Origin: Candidatus Latescibacterota bacterium | GTDB taxonomy: Bacteria; Latescibacterota; UBA2968; UBA8231 | Direction: 5' to 3' | Length of the DNA: 64,000 bases | Assembly: GCA_965242865.1 (NCBI GenBank) | Contig: CBDETK010000013.1 | Span: 5,120,001-5,184,000, forward strand | Shown: in pieces, positions 1-8,549 of the stretch | Layout of the letters: every line of letters begins with the position of its first letter | Numbering within the stretch: position 1 is the stretch's first letter | Position numbers and translations under genes: made by a program | The notes under the pieces: model-generated | What the model was told of the DNA's origin: nothing | The model's input: the letters and a program-made list of their open reading frames with translations, nothing else | The model's database searches: none

Positions 1-257
1 CAGACCATGACGGTAATCGGGCCGCCATCTTTCGCGTGCCGCGCTGTTTCGTTGCCGCTGCCCAAGTAGTCGAGAAAGGCCACTCGGTTGGGATCAATCA
101 CGTGTAGCGGCACGCCGCCCTTGGGCGATAAGTTGACTGGACCAATGCCGTCGGGACCAGCGGCGAGAGCCGGGGCGGCCGAGGCGACGAAAAACAACGG
201 CGCGTTGCGGATCAGCGCCGCTTGATCGTCGGTGATGGAGGGATAGTAAGTGGCCAT
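1..257 (-). CDS. Pyridoxamine 5'-phosphate oxidase-like FMN-binding protein (partial, runs off window start)
   Basis: Manual translation from ATG at 257: MATYYPSITDDQAALIRNAPLFFVASA...VNLSPKGG...VAFLDYLGSGNETARH. The NxSPKG and DxxGSGNET motifs are typical of this family. Not in the ORF track because it is partial. Confidence 0.8.
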   Translation of the reverse strand, partial: MATYYPSITDDQAALIRNAPLFFVASAAPALAAGPDGIGPVNLSPKGGVPLHVIDPNRVAFLDYLGSGNETARHAKDGGPITVMV

Positions 258-324
258 AGGGCTTGTGTCCTTTTAGAGGAATTATATACTTGACAATAGG
301 AGAACTTCTTACAAGGAGAAAAAC

Positions 325-585
325 ATGAAAAGTATGAGCCGACAGCAAGAAGTAGATGAAAACTACGAGGCTTTCAAGGCTATGCTGCCCGAGTTAATGC
401 GAACCCATCCAAATAAATTTGCGCTCATGCACAATAAGGAAGTAGTCGCTTGCTTTGATACAAGCAGAGATGCGATTGCTGCGGAAAACAATTTGATAGA
501 TGGGCATTTCTCGGTACAACAGATTACCGGCCGTTCCATTGATTTAGGATATTTCTCTCATGTCGGTGTTTTCTGGACAGTTTAA
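325..585 (+). CDS. Small DUF5678-like hypothetical protein
   Basis: 86 aa with AAGGAG RBS. NYEAFKAMLPELM..H..KFALMH..EVV..FDT..DA resembles small proteins usually paired with a downstream retropepsin-like gene (family from recall). Confidence 0.55.
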   Translation: MKSMSRQQEVDENYEAFKAMLPELMRTHPNKFALMHNKEVVACFDTSRDAIAAENNLIDGHFSVQQITGRSIDLGYFSHVGVFWTV

Positions 586-607
586 TTGGAATGAGGGCCT
601 AATATAG
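560..607 (+). pseudogene. Truncated 5' stub of partner ORF (MSVFSGQFNWNEGLI*) cut by IS630
   Basis: ATG at 560 overlaps the end of the upstream gene. The frame stops at TAG 605-607, exactly in the IS terminal repeat. Confidence 0.35.
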
Positions 608-617
608 CAATTCTAAA

Positions 618-1184
618 TTATTCAAGAGATGTTATATATTGCTGTAACTTAGGGAACTGGAAGTATTTTTTCTGTCGAATTCCCTCGACAAATAGGTCTT
701 TGATCGGTTCAAAGTTTGTAGTCCACAAGGCATGGGTACGCACAAAAGTCTTCCCTTTTAACCAAATATCTTCAACGGGATTTTCTTGTGGTGTATAAGG
801 GGCCAATCGCATACAGCATACCTTCCATTGCTCCGGTGGTCGGTTCGCTTGTATGGTTTCGAGAAAGGTGCACATGGCCTGTTGACGATGATAGGAAGCC
901 CCATCCCAAAAAATCAACAACCGTTGACCGGGACGACGCTGTTGTATAGAGCGTATAAAGTCCACCGTATGCTGCGCGTTGGCCTTGGGATAGCTTTGCA
1001 TCAGGAAGGTCCCCTTGACGACATCCAAAGCCCCATAATAGGTCTGGCGTTGACGGGCGTTGTCCATGCACACCCTAAGCCGTTGGTCGGACCGGCCCCC
1101 AGCATACCCACAGGCATCCCCCCAGTGTAGATGCGACTCGTCGACAAAAAAGGCACTCAAACGCCCCGCTTGGAGATCTGGCAT
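618..1184 (-). CDS. IS630 transposase OrfB (DDE_3 domain)
   Basis: FVDESH, IFWDGASYH and LAPYTPQENPVEDIW catalytic motifs. Confidence 0.9.
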   Translation of the reverse strand: MPDLQAGRLSAFFVDESHLHWGDACGYAGGRSDQRLRVCMDNARQRQTYYGALDVVKGTFLMQSYPKANAQHTVDFIRSIQQRRPGQRLLIFWDGASYHRQQAMCTFLETIQANRPPEQWKVCCMRLAPYTPQENPVEDIWLKGKTFVRTHALWTTNFEPIKDLFVEGIRQKKYFQFPKLQQYITSLE

Positions 1185-1701
1185 ATACGCGGCTAGTTTT
1201 TTTTATCTCAGCGCGCCGTGCGATCCCTTGGCGCGGGTCGGCTTGAGGCGAACGGCGGGCGTGGGGCTTCTTCCGACGATAGCCCGCCTGCGAGAGCAGA
1301 TCATAGTAACGCTGTGAGGAGCGATACACCACGCCAAACTGCGTTTGGATATAGGAGGCCAACGACGCCACCGAGGGCTGTGATGGGGTGGCTAACCAGC
1401 GGGTGATTTGCGCTCGCTGAGCAGCCGACAAATAGGACGGCGAGCCTTTATAGCCTAAGCGCAAGCATTCGACCCCCTCAGATAGATACCGCTTCTTCCA
1501 CGTACGGATGAACCCCGACGGAACGCCGAGCACCGCTTGAATCATACCTTGTTTGACCCCCAACAGAGTCATCTGAACCGCGACTGCACGTTTGAGTTCA
1601 CGGGCGTCGGGGTTGCTGGCGATAAAATCGGATAAAGAACGATCGGAAACCAGCTGAAAACACTCCTGAAAAAGGGACGATAGAAAACGAAACGACAACA
1701 T
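1075..1701 (-). CDS. IS630 transposase OrfA (HTH / winged-HTH)
   Basis: RELKRAVAV...WKKRY..EG...L.LGYKGS.SYL...YIQTQFGVVY.S motifs. An A8 run (1197-1204) links to OrfB by a +1 shift. Confidence 0.85.
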   Translation of the reverse strand: MLSFRFLSSLFQECFQLVSDRSLSDFIASNPDARELKRAVAVQMTLLGVKQGMIQAVLGVPSGFIRTWKKRYLSEGVECLRLGYKGSPSYLSAAQRAQITRWLATPSQPSVASLASYIQTQFGVVYRSSQRYYDLLSQAGYRRKKPHARRSPQADPRQGIARRAEIKKTSRVYARSPSGAFECLFCRRVASTLGGCLWVCWGPVRPTA

Positions 1702-1713
1702 AAAAAGAAAACC

Positions 1714-3606
1714 TTAACCTTTCAAGGCATTTCGGATTGCTATATCAGCGTTGGCGACGTGGTGGGCAACCCCGGTTCCTTCCTTGCCGCAGACGAGTAT
1801 CAAGTCCAGATGTATCGGCGTCTTGGCCTGTTTCAGCGGAGTGGAAACGGACATTTCGGCCTTGATCGGATACGCCTGTTTGCACGCGAACCCGGCGTGT
1901 CGGATCGCCCGGTGGACACAGGTCCACCCTTCGTGCCGAGCATGGTGATAGGAGAACACGAGCAGCCCGGTATGCTTGAGGACGCGGTGGCATTCGGCGA
2001 ACACGGATGTCAGTTTGTCGGCGAAGCGAATAGGACTCGTATCTTGAACTTCGTCTGGTCGTCTCGTGGTTTTAGCTTTGGAATAGTCCAAAAGCTGGTT
2101 TAGCCAGTAAAAGAAAAAGTCGGCGAGCTGGGAGTAGTGAACGTTTTCGAAGAATGGGGGATCGGTTACGACGACGTCCACACTGCGATCTGGAATAGTG
2201 GTGCGACTGGAATCGCCTTGAGTGAGGTAAACCGCGTCGTTGCCGTTCAAGGCGAACTCATCGGATACCAAAACGGCGAGAGGCCGATTAATTCCTCCAA
2301 CTTTGGTGCTTTTTCCCTGTGCCGCGTAGAGCTCGGTTGGATTCGCCTTGTAGGCAAGCGCATGTAGGACGCGAGAGCGGAACAAGGTGGAAAACGATCC
2401 AGACGACTTATTTGTACCCCAGACGTTTGCTTCAATGGGCATCATTTCGGGCTTGAGGATATGGTGTGAAAATATGTGCCGCACGGCCCCGGTTCCCTCC
2501 CCCTTGAAAGATGCAAACAGGTTATTGAACTCAAGTACACCCGAGAACAGGCAGGCAAAGAGGAGCCTATGCTCGGCGTGATCGATCTGACGAATGGCCT
2601 CTTGCAGGTGGTGGATGCAAAGGAGCTGCCGATCGGAAAACAGATCGTGCCAGAAGCGGTAGTTGTGCTTCAAAATCTGGTTTGTATTGTAACCCGGCGC
2701 GATTTCAATTTGCGGAAAGGAGGAGCGGATGCCAGTAAACTCTCGGGCGATGCGTTCGGCAAGGGAGTCGTCGAAAGCATTCATCGCAGCGTATTGCTTT
2801 TGCCCATCGGTAGTGAGGATCATCTTGGCATACCGGCGACAAGCAAGAGGACCCCGCATTGCTTTCATCCGCTCGACAAGGCGGAATGTATGGCCGCACG
2901 TATCGCATTTGACTTTTGCCCCTTTGATGTTGCCTTGCTGTGGGTTGTACCGCGTGTTACAGTCCGAACACTTCACGGAATCGGCGTCGTAGCGCGTCGC
3001 GTTGACGGCGTCGCAACTAGGGCAGAGTGCGCGGGCACTGGCGTCTTTGCGCGGTACGGCGTTCTTTGAGAAAATGCGAGACTTGAAGAGATCGATCTGT
3101 TTACTGCACTGTGGACACGACACAACCTTGACGAGAAAGTAGTACAGTACGGTGGCCCTGCGACCTTCTTCGGTACGCGTTTCAAAGTAGTTCAATAGTT
3201 TGGGAGCGACCGTGCGCTCAAGGCGGTGATATGTAGCGACGACTGCGGACGGATCGTACTGAGTGAAGGCCGCACGGCATGCGAGATATGCGACTGGATT
3301 GATATCTTGGCCCAAAGCGGTACAACCAAGTTTGATTGCTTCTCCTATGGTGACGCCGCTCCCCATGAAAGGGTCAAAAACTACGGTTTCAGCAAAATCG
3401 TTCTTCCCATAAAAACGCTTCCAGAAGTCCTCTCCCTCGTCGAGACACGCCCCCAGCAAAATACCCCGAAAAACAGAGCCTAACCTACGCGCCCACCATT
3501 TGTGGATGTAGTAAACCGGGCGATGGACTTCTTTTCTCCAAGATTCGGCTTCTGCGATTGCAGAGAGACGGGCATAGGGAAATTCGGTCTCTATGAGTCG
3601 AGGCAT
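1714..3606 (-). CDS. Zn-ribbon-containing adenine-specific DNA methyltransferase (DUF1156/COG1743-like), C-terminus clipped by IS630
   Basis: HKWWARR, FDPFMGSG (SAM binding), CxxC clusters, TDPPF (catalytic). The last ~10 codons and the stop lie inside the IS end. Visibly more AT-rich than the flanks. Confidence 0.85.
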   Translation of the reverse strand: MPRLIETEFPYARLSAIAEAESWRKEVHRPVYYIHKWWARRLGSVFRGILLGACLDEGEDFWKRFYGKNDFAETVVFDPFMGSGVTIGEAIKLGCTALGQDINPVAYLACRAAFTQYDPSAVVATYHRLERTVAPKLLNYFETRTEEGRRATVLYYFLVKVVSCPQCSKQIDLFKSRIFSKNAVPRKDASARALCPSCDAVNATRYDADSVKCSDCNTRYNPQQGNIKGAKVKCDTCGHTFRLVERMKAMRGPLACRRYAKMILTTDGQKQYAAMNAFDDSLAERIAREFTGIRSSFPQIEIAPGYNTNQILKHNYRFWHDLFSDRQLLCIHHLQEAIRQIDHAEHRLLFACLFSGVLEFNNLFASFKGEGTGAVRHIFSHHILKPEMMPIEANVWGTNKSSGSFSTLFRSRVLHALAYKANPTELYAAQGKSTKVGGINRPLAVLVSDEFALNGNDAVYLTQGDSSRTTIPDRSVDVVVTDPPFFENVHYSQLADFFFYWLNQLLDYSKAKTTRRPDEVQDTSPIRFADKLTSVFAECHRVLKHTGLLVFSYHHARHEGWTCVHRAIRHAGFACKQAYPIKAEMSVSTPLKQAKTPIHLDLILVCGKEGTGVAHHVANADIAIRNALKG

Positions 3607-3642
3607 CTTGCTACTAAGAAGTGTGCGCCGTCATGCGAGATA

Positions 3643-4980
3643 CTACAGCGCTTGCACCGCCTCGCGGACGCCCTGTACCAGCGCGTCGATGTGGTGGGGC
3701 TTGGTCGCCAGCGACACGTTGCCGCCCGTTCGCGTGTACAGCCCTCTGTTGAGCAGAGCGAAGAATAGCCAGCGGTGTAGCTGGGCGTCGTCTTGGGCTG
3801 CTTCGCGGAAATTGCGCGGCGGCTGGTCGAGGAAGTACAGGCGGAATATGGACCCGGCCACTACGACCTGCACGGCAACCCCAACCTCGCCAAACGCGGC
3901 TTGCAACCCCGCGGCCGCTCGCCGCGCCAGCCCTTCCAGCTGCTCGTAGGCCGCTGGAGTTAGCGCGTGGAGGGTCTGCAAGCCCGCGACTAGGGCGATG
4001 GGGTTGGCGTTGAAGGTGCCGGACTGTTGAATGGGCGGCCCGTCGGCTGGGTCGTATAGGTCCATGGCGTCGGCGCGGCCGCCGAAGGCCGCCCCGGGCG
4101 TCCCACCGGCGATTACCTTGCCCAAACAAACCAGATCGGGCTGCACCTGATAGGCGGTGTGCGCCCCGCCCGGGCCAAAGCGGAAACTGACGATTTCGTC
4201 GAAAATTAGCAGGGCCCCGGCGCGGGTGGTCGCGTCGCGCAGGCTCGGCAAAAAACCGGCCTCTGGCAGGGCCAGCCCGGCGGCCGTGGAAAGCGGGTCC
4301 ACGATCACGGCGGCCAGCTCTTGGGCGCAGGCGCCGATGATTTCGGCGCAGGCAGCCGCGTCGTTGAACGGCAGCACGACCACCTCGTCGAGGGTGTGGG
4401 CCATCAGCCCGGCCGAGGAGGCCACGCCCTGCGGTTTATGGGCTGGCCCCAACTCCGGCCCCAGCGGCGGCAGGTAACTCACCAATGCGCTGTCGTCTAT
4501 CCCGTGATAGGCCCCTTCAAACTTGGCGATTTTGGTGCGCCCGGTGTGCGCCCGCGCCACGCGCAAGGCGTTGAGGACAGCCTCGGTGCCCGAGGAGCAA
4601 AAGCGCACTTTCTCCAGCGCGGGCATGCGCGTCTGGAGTGCTTCGGCCATTTCCACTTCAAGGGCGAGGGGCCGCGAAAACCCCGTGCCCAAGGCGATTT
4701 GTTCGCGCAGGGCCGCGACGAGGGCGGGATGGGCGTGGCCCAAGGGCAGGGCCGTGTTGTTGTTGACAAAGTCGAGCAAGCGGTGGCCGTCGAGGTCGAA
4801 GAGATAGGCCCCCTCGCCGCGGTCGGCATAGAGGGGAAAGGGATCAATGTGGACGCCCGTGCGCGTGTTGCCGCCCGGCAGCGATTGCTTGGCTCGCGCA
4901 AACATCGCGGCCGAGCGGGGGTTGCGCGCCGCGTACGCTGCGATTTCCGCGTCGAGCAACGCCTTGATTTCTCGTGCCAT
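3643..4980 (-). CDS. Class III PLP aminotransferase (glutamate-1-semialdehyde aminomutase-like)
   Basis: SLPGGNTR, SGTEA, KFEGAYHG, LIFDEI..FR, LGKVIAGG (PLP lysine), SGTFNAN. Confidence 0.9.
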   Translation of the reverse strand: MAREIKALLDAEIAAYAARNPRSAAMFARAKQSLPGGNTRTGVHIDPFPLYADRGEGAYLFDLDGHRLLDFVNNNTALPLGHAHPALVAALREQIALGTGFSRPLALEVEMAEALQTRMPALEKVRFCSSGTEAVLNALRVARAHTGRTKIAKFEGAYHGIDDSALVSYLPPLGPELGPAHKPQGVASSAGLMAHTLDEVVVLPFNDAAACAEIIGACAQELAAVIVDPLSTAAGLALPEAGFLPSLRDATTRAGALLIFDEIVSFRFGPGGAHTAYQVQPDLVCLGKVIAGGTPGAAFGGRADAMDLYDPADGPPIQQSGTFNANPIALVAGLQTLHALTPAAYEQLEGLARRAAAGLQAAFGEVGVAVQVVVAGSIFRLYFLDQPPRNFREAAQDDAQLHRWLFFALLNRGLYTRTGGNVSLATKPHHIDALVQGVREAVQAL

Positions 4981-5050
4981 GATTCATCCTTGCTGCGAAG
5001 GGACTGCGGATTTTGCTAGGGGAGTGGGAGAGATGCGGGAGGGCGAGAGG

Positions 5051-5128
5051 TGGTCGGGGTGGTCGGATTTGAACCGACGACATCCTGCTCCCAAAGCAGG
5101 TGCGCTGACCGGACTGCGCCACACCCCG
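5051..5128 (-). tRNA. tRNA-Pro(TGG)
   Basis: CGGGGTGTGGCGCAGTCCGGTCAGCGCACCTGC-TTTGGGA-GCAGGATGTCGTCGGTTCAAATCCGACCACCCCGACCA: cloverleaf, TGG anticodon, GGTTCAAATCC T-arm, encoded CCA. Confidence 0.97.
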
Positions 5129-5160
5129 ACTGCTTAGAGAAGATAGAGATAGCGATGGTT

Positions 5161-5281
5161 GATGGCAACGGCTCAGGGGCGGTGGCGTTAGTCGGCTGGA
5201 TTCCCGCCCCGTGTCGGAGCACGGGGTGACGGTCTGGTGCGGGAATGACGGGAGACGATGGCAACGGCTCAGGGGCGGTGG
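5161..5281. repeat. REP-like nested palindrome flanked by 25-bp direct repeats
   Basis: GATGGCAACGGCTCAGGGGCGGTGG at 5161-5185 and 5257-5281. Between them: GGATTCCCGC-CCCGTG-TCGGAG-CACGGGG...GCGGGAATGAC. Confidence 0.8.
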
Positions 5282-6084
5282 GCGTTGATCGCGTCGCGCA
5301 GCGCGCGGGTCGCCTGTCGGGCCGAGGCCGCGAAATCATTGCCTTGAGAGGCGTAGAGGATGCCGCGCGAGGAGTTGATGAGGATGCCCGCGCCCCGGGC
5401 GTCGCAGCCGTTTTTGACCGCACGCTCCACAGAGCCGCCTTGTGCGCCGACCCCGGGTATCAGCAAGGGCATGTCCGGCGCTAGGGAGCGCAAGCGGGCC
5501 AAGGGCTCGGGCTGGGTCGCGCCGGCGACTAGGCCGATGTTGTTGGCGGCGTTCCACTCGTGGGCCTTGGCAACGACGCGCTCGTACAGAGGCTGGTCGC
5601 CCATGAGTTGCTTTTCAAAGTCGGCGGCGCCGGGATTGGACGTCAGGCAGACGAGAAAGGTGGTGCGATCGGGGTACGCGGTGAAGGGCGCGACGCAATC
5701 TGCGCCCATGTAGGGAGTCACGGTCAGCGCGTCGCAGCCGAGGACCTCGTAAAAGGTGCGGGCGTATTGCGCGGCCACATTGCCGATGTCGCCGACCTTG
5801 GCGTCGATGATCACCGGGATGTCCGCGGGGATGCGGTCGAGGGTGTGCTTGAGCGTGGCAAAGCCGTCGGCGCCGAGGGCGTTGTAGAAAGCAAAGTTGG
5901 GCTTGTAGCAGCAGACGAGGTCGCAGGTGGCGTCGATGATTTGCTCGTTGAAGTAGAGGACGGGATCGGCTTTGGTGCGGACGCTGGCGGGCAGCTGGGC
6001 GGGGTCGGTATCCAGCCCGACGCAGACCAGCGAGTTATTCCGGCGAATCGCTTGGTTCCATTTCGTGGTAAAACTCGAGCTCAT
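5269..6084 (-). CDS. pyrF: Orotidine-5'-phosphate decarboxylase
   Basis: VCVGLD, YKPNFAFY, DAKVGDIGN, PGVGAQGG, NSSRGI. Start reassigned to ATG 6084. Confidence 0.96.
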   Translation of the reverse strand: MSSSFTTKWNQAIRRNNSLVCVGLDTDPAQLPASVRTKADPVLYFNEQIIDATCDLVCCYKPNFAFYNALGADGFATLKHTLDRIPADIPVIIDAKVGDIGNVAAQYARTFYEVLGCDALTVTPYMGADCVAPFTAYPDRTTFLVCLTSNPGAADFEKQLMGDQPLYERVVAKAHEWNAANNIGLVAGATQPEPLARLRSLAPDMPLLIPGVGAQGGSVERAVKNGCDARGAGILINSSRGILYASQGNDFAASARQATRALRDAINAHRP

Positions 6085-7201
6085 GCTCCATGCCTTCTGA
6101 TGTGAAAATAGAATCTGATGTGAAAATAGAATCGGTATAGGTGGAATCAAAGACCGCTGGTGCGGGGCCGAGCAGGAACGTCACCCGGGCTTGGCGCAAG
6201 AAGTCGCCGGCCTCGTCGGCTTGCAGCACCTGCGCGGCGTCAAAATCGTCGAGGATGGCGTCGCCCGAGTAGCGGCCGGCCGTGCCCGTGGCCTTGACGA
6301 TGAACGGCTTGGCGTCCTCCCCGCCGAGCCGTTCGCTGGTGTAAGCGCGGTTGAGGTCGTCGTCGTACCCGGCGACTCCGTAGTCTGTGGCGAGGCCGCG
6401 GTCCACGGTAGCCACCCCGTGAATCAGATGCCCGGCTGCGCTGAACACCTGCGGCGCGATGCTCGGTTGCAGCCCAATCCCGCGGACGTCGATGAGCAAG
6501 CCCGTGTAGGGCGCGTCGGGCACGAAAAACACGAGCTCGTCAGCGGCGAGGGAATCGGCGGGGGCGGGGGCTGTGGCGAGGGAATCGGCGGGAACTGATG
6601 CTTGGTCGGCGGCGAGGGAATCGATGAGGGCCGGGGCTTGGTCTGTGGCGAGAGAATCGGCGGCGGCTGGTGCTGCGTCGGCGGCGAGGGAATCGGCGGT
6701 GACTGGTGCTGCGGCCGCCACGATAGAGTCGGCGGCCGCCGGGGCTGCGAGGAAGGTGTGCGATCGGGGATCTACAGGCTCGACTTGGGGCAACACCGCG
6801 GCCGCGAAATCGCCGAGCAGAAGCAGCCGCACGGCGATCCGATACCGCCCTTGGTCCTCGCTTTGCGAGCCAATGGCCACGCGGGCGAACTCTTGAAAAT
6901 CGCGATTGAGGCCGGCGTCTTGCAGCAGGGTATCGGCGCTGAGGCGCACTTGGCCGATGAGTTCGCGCATGGTGCGGAACGCCTCGTCGCGGGCTTGGCG
7001 CAACCCGTGGAGTCGCTGCTGCACCGGGTTGGTGACCGCGGCCGGCGCGACGCCGTCGCCATACGCAAAGAGCGCGTGTTGCGTCCAGTCGATATAGCCT
7101 TCGGCTCGCGGCGAGCCCAGCGGCTCAATGGCGTAGCGGTCGGGCTGTTGGGCGGGAAGCCGTGCGGCAATCAACACGAGCACGGCGATTGGCAGAACCA
7201 T
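6035..7201 (-). CDS. Exported LPP20/FlgT-N-like hypothetical protein with Ala/Pro-rich DSL repeat linker
   Basis: Signal-like N-terminus MVLPIAVLVLIAARLPA, G.IDWT...A.G, YTGLLIDVRG..LQPS.AP. The ORF-track extension upstream of 7201 runs into rnpB and is rejected. Confidence 0.6.
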   Translation of the reverse strand: MVLPIAVLVLIAARLPAQQPDRYAIEPLGSPRAEGYIDWTQHALFAYGDGVAPAAVTNPVQQRLHGLRQARDEAFRTMRELIGQVRLSADTLLQDAGLNRDFQEFARVAIGSQSEDQGRYRIAVRLLLLGDFAAAVLPQVEPVDPRSHTFLAAPAAADSIVAAAAPVTADSLAADAAPAAADSLATDQAPALIDSLAADQASVPADSLATAPAPADSLAADELVFFVPDAPYTGLLIDVRGIGLQPSIAPQVFSAAGHLIHGVATVDRGLATDYGVAGYDDDLNRAYTSERLGGEDAKPFIVKATGTAGRYSGDAILDDFDAAQVLQADEAGDFLRQARVTFLLGPAPAVFDSTYTDSIFTSDSIFTSEGMEHELEFYHEMEPSDSPE

Positions 7202-7253
7202 GTAGTGCTCCAACGAAAGAAAAATCACCCGGAGCCGCTGGGCTCCGGGTGTG

Positions 7254-7626
7254 GGAGGAGTGAGTCTATAAGCCGAGTTCTGTCCACGCACCTGAGGTGC
7301 GTTGTGCGGGCATTCATCTGGGGCGGCGGTTGCCCGGCCGCCTCGGTGCGGCCTACCCGGGAATCGAATGAGGCGGACCACCTCTTTCCCCTACTTGGCC
7401 TTGCTCCGAATGAGGTTTGCCTTGCCACCTGCGTCGCCGCAGGCGCGGTGAGCTCTTACCTCGCCTTTTCACCCTTACCCAGCAAACTGGGCGGTGTGTT
7501 TTCTGTGGCACTGTCTGTGGGGTCGCCCCCCCTGGGAGTTACCCAGCATCCTGTCCTGTGGAGCTCGGACTTTCCTCACCCGCGACCGCGAGGGGCCGCG
7601 AGCGCGTCCGCCCAACGTACTCCTCC
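7254..7626 (-). ncRNA. rnpB: RNase P RNA (type A)
   Basis: Minus strand has GAGGAAAGTCCGAGCTC near the 5' end and ACAGAACTCGGCTTA near the 3' end. P1 helix GGAGGAGT / ACTCCTCC. Confidence 0.96.
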
Positions 7627-7639
7627 CAAAATTGAGAAA

Positions 7640-8350
7640 TCAAGCCGACTGCTCGTCCCAGACCATGATGGTGCCGCAACTCTCGCAAAAGATGACGCGA
7701 TTGCCGAGGCGCACCTCGTTGCGAATTTGGGCGGGCATCTGATGGAAGCAAGCCCCGCAAGCCCCTTTGCGCACGGCCGCGACGCGAATCCCGCGCCGCC
7801 CCTTCTTGCGCTCGTACGTCCGCAGCAATTTGTCGTCAATGCCTTGGGCGACTGCCTGCCGGCTCGCCGCGACTTGGTCGATTTGCTCCTGCATGGTGCC
7901 GAGCTGACCTTCGAGCTCGTCAATGCGCTCCTGCTCGGCCGCGCGGCCCTCCTCAAAAGCGCTGCGCTCGTCGTCGAGCTGCTCCTGAATTTGCTCTAGG
8001 GCCTCCAGAGCTTTGATCAATTGCGTCTCGTGCTCGGCCAGGTCCTTTTTGCAGACTTCGATTTCGAGCTGGAGGGAGTCGTATTCTTTGTTGGTGGTCA
8101 CTACGGAAAAGCGCTCCTCGCGCTCGCGCAGGGCGGCCTTGCCGCTTTCGATCTCGCGCTCGCAGTGCCGCTGTTGCTTTTCGAGCTCGGCGCTCTGGGC
8201 CTCTAGACCGGCTAAGGCTGACCGCGCTTTTGCTATCCTGCGGCGACGCAGCTCAATCTCAGCGGGATATTTCTCTTTGGCCTCTTCGAGCTCAAAGAGC
8301 TTTTTATCGACCTCTTGGAGCTTTAATAGTTGCAGCAAACCCTCTTTCAT
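7640..8350 (-). CDS. Coiled-coil C4-type zinc-ribbon protein (DUF164/CT398-like)
   Basis: L..LQEVD start, long coiled coil, TNKEYDSL, CGAC...CESCG. Commonly found upstream of rnpB. Confidence 0.9.
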   Translation of the reverse strand: MKEGLLQLLKLQEVDKKLFELEEAKEKYPAEIELRRRRIAKARSALAGLEAQSAELEKQQRHCEREIESGKAALREREERFSVVTTNKEYDSLQLEIEVCKKDLAEHETQLIKALEALEQIQEQLDDERSAFEEGRAAEQERIDELEGQLGTMQEQIDQVAASRQAVAQGIDDKLLRTYERKKGRRGIRVAAVRKGACGACFHQMPAQIRNEVRLGNRVIFCESCGTIMVWDEQSA

Positions 8351-8379
8351 GCGGCCTCTCGTTTTTTGTGGCAGCGGTC

Positions 8380-8410
8380 AAACAAAAAGAGTGCATCTGA
8401 GATGCACTCT
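8380..8410 (-). terminator. Intrinsic terminator-like hairpin upstream of the zinc-ribbon gene
   Basis: Perfect 10-bp stem AGAGTGCATC-TCA-GATGCACTCT followed by TTTTGTTT on the minus strand. Confidence 0.6.
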
Positions 8411-8549
8411 AAGGATTGTAGCGTTAAGCGGTGGCTGGCGAACAAACACCCTGAAAAAAACTAGTAGGTTGCGTCATCAGCCGATTGTGGTTTGTGGTGC
8501 TTGGGTGCGGTAGGAATTGCATTTAATTACGGGCATTTGGCTACGGCAG

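Larger units (their letters stand above)
603..1744 (-). mobile_element. IS630-family insertion sequence
   Basis: Imperfect terminal inverted repeats: TATAGCAATTCTAAATTA at 603, and TATAGCAATCCGAAATG as the reverse complement of the end at 1744. TA at both ends. Encloses a split HTH + DDE transposase. Confidence 0.9.

Noticed and set aside
5051-5128. tRNA-Pro as integration site for the MTase/IS region
   Set aside because: No integrase and no duplicated tRNA 3' end seen in the window. A host-like aminotransferase follows the tRNA.
6602-7999. 465-aa plus-strand ORF and the 7202-7381 N-terminal extension
   Set aside because: They overlap rnpB and genuine minus-strand genes; GC-rich shadow frames.
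8460-8500. GCTGATGAC motif suggesting a fluoride riboswitch
   Set aside because: The upstream GGCGATGG..CGCC element is missing and no fluoride-related gene follows.
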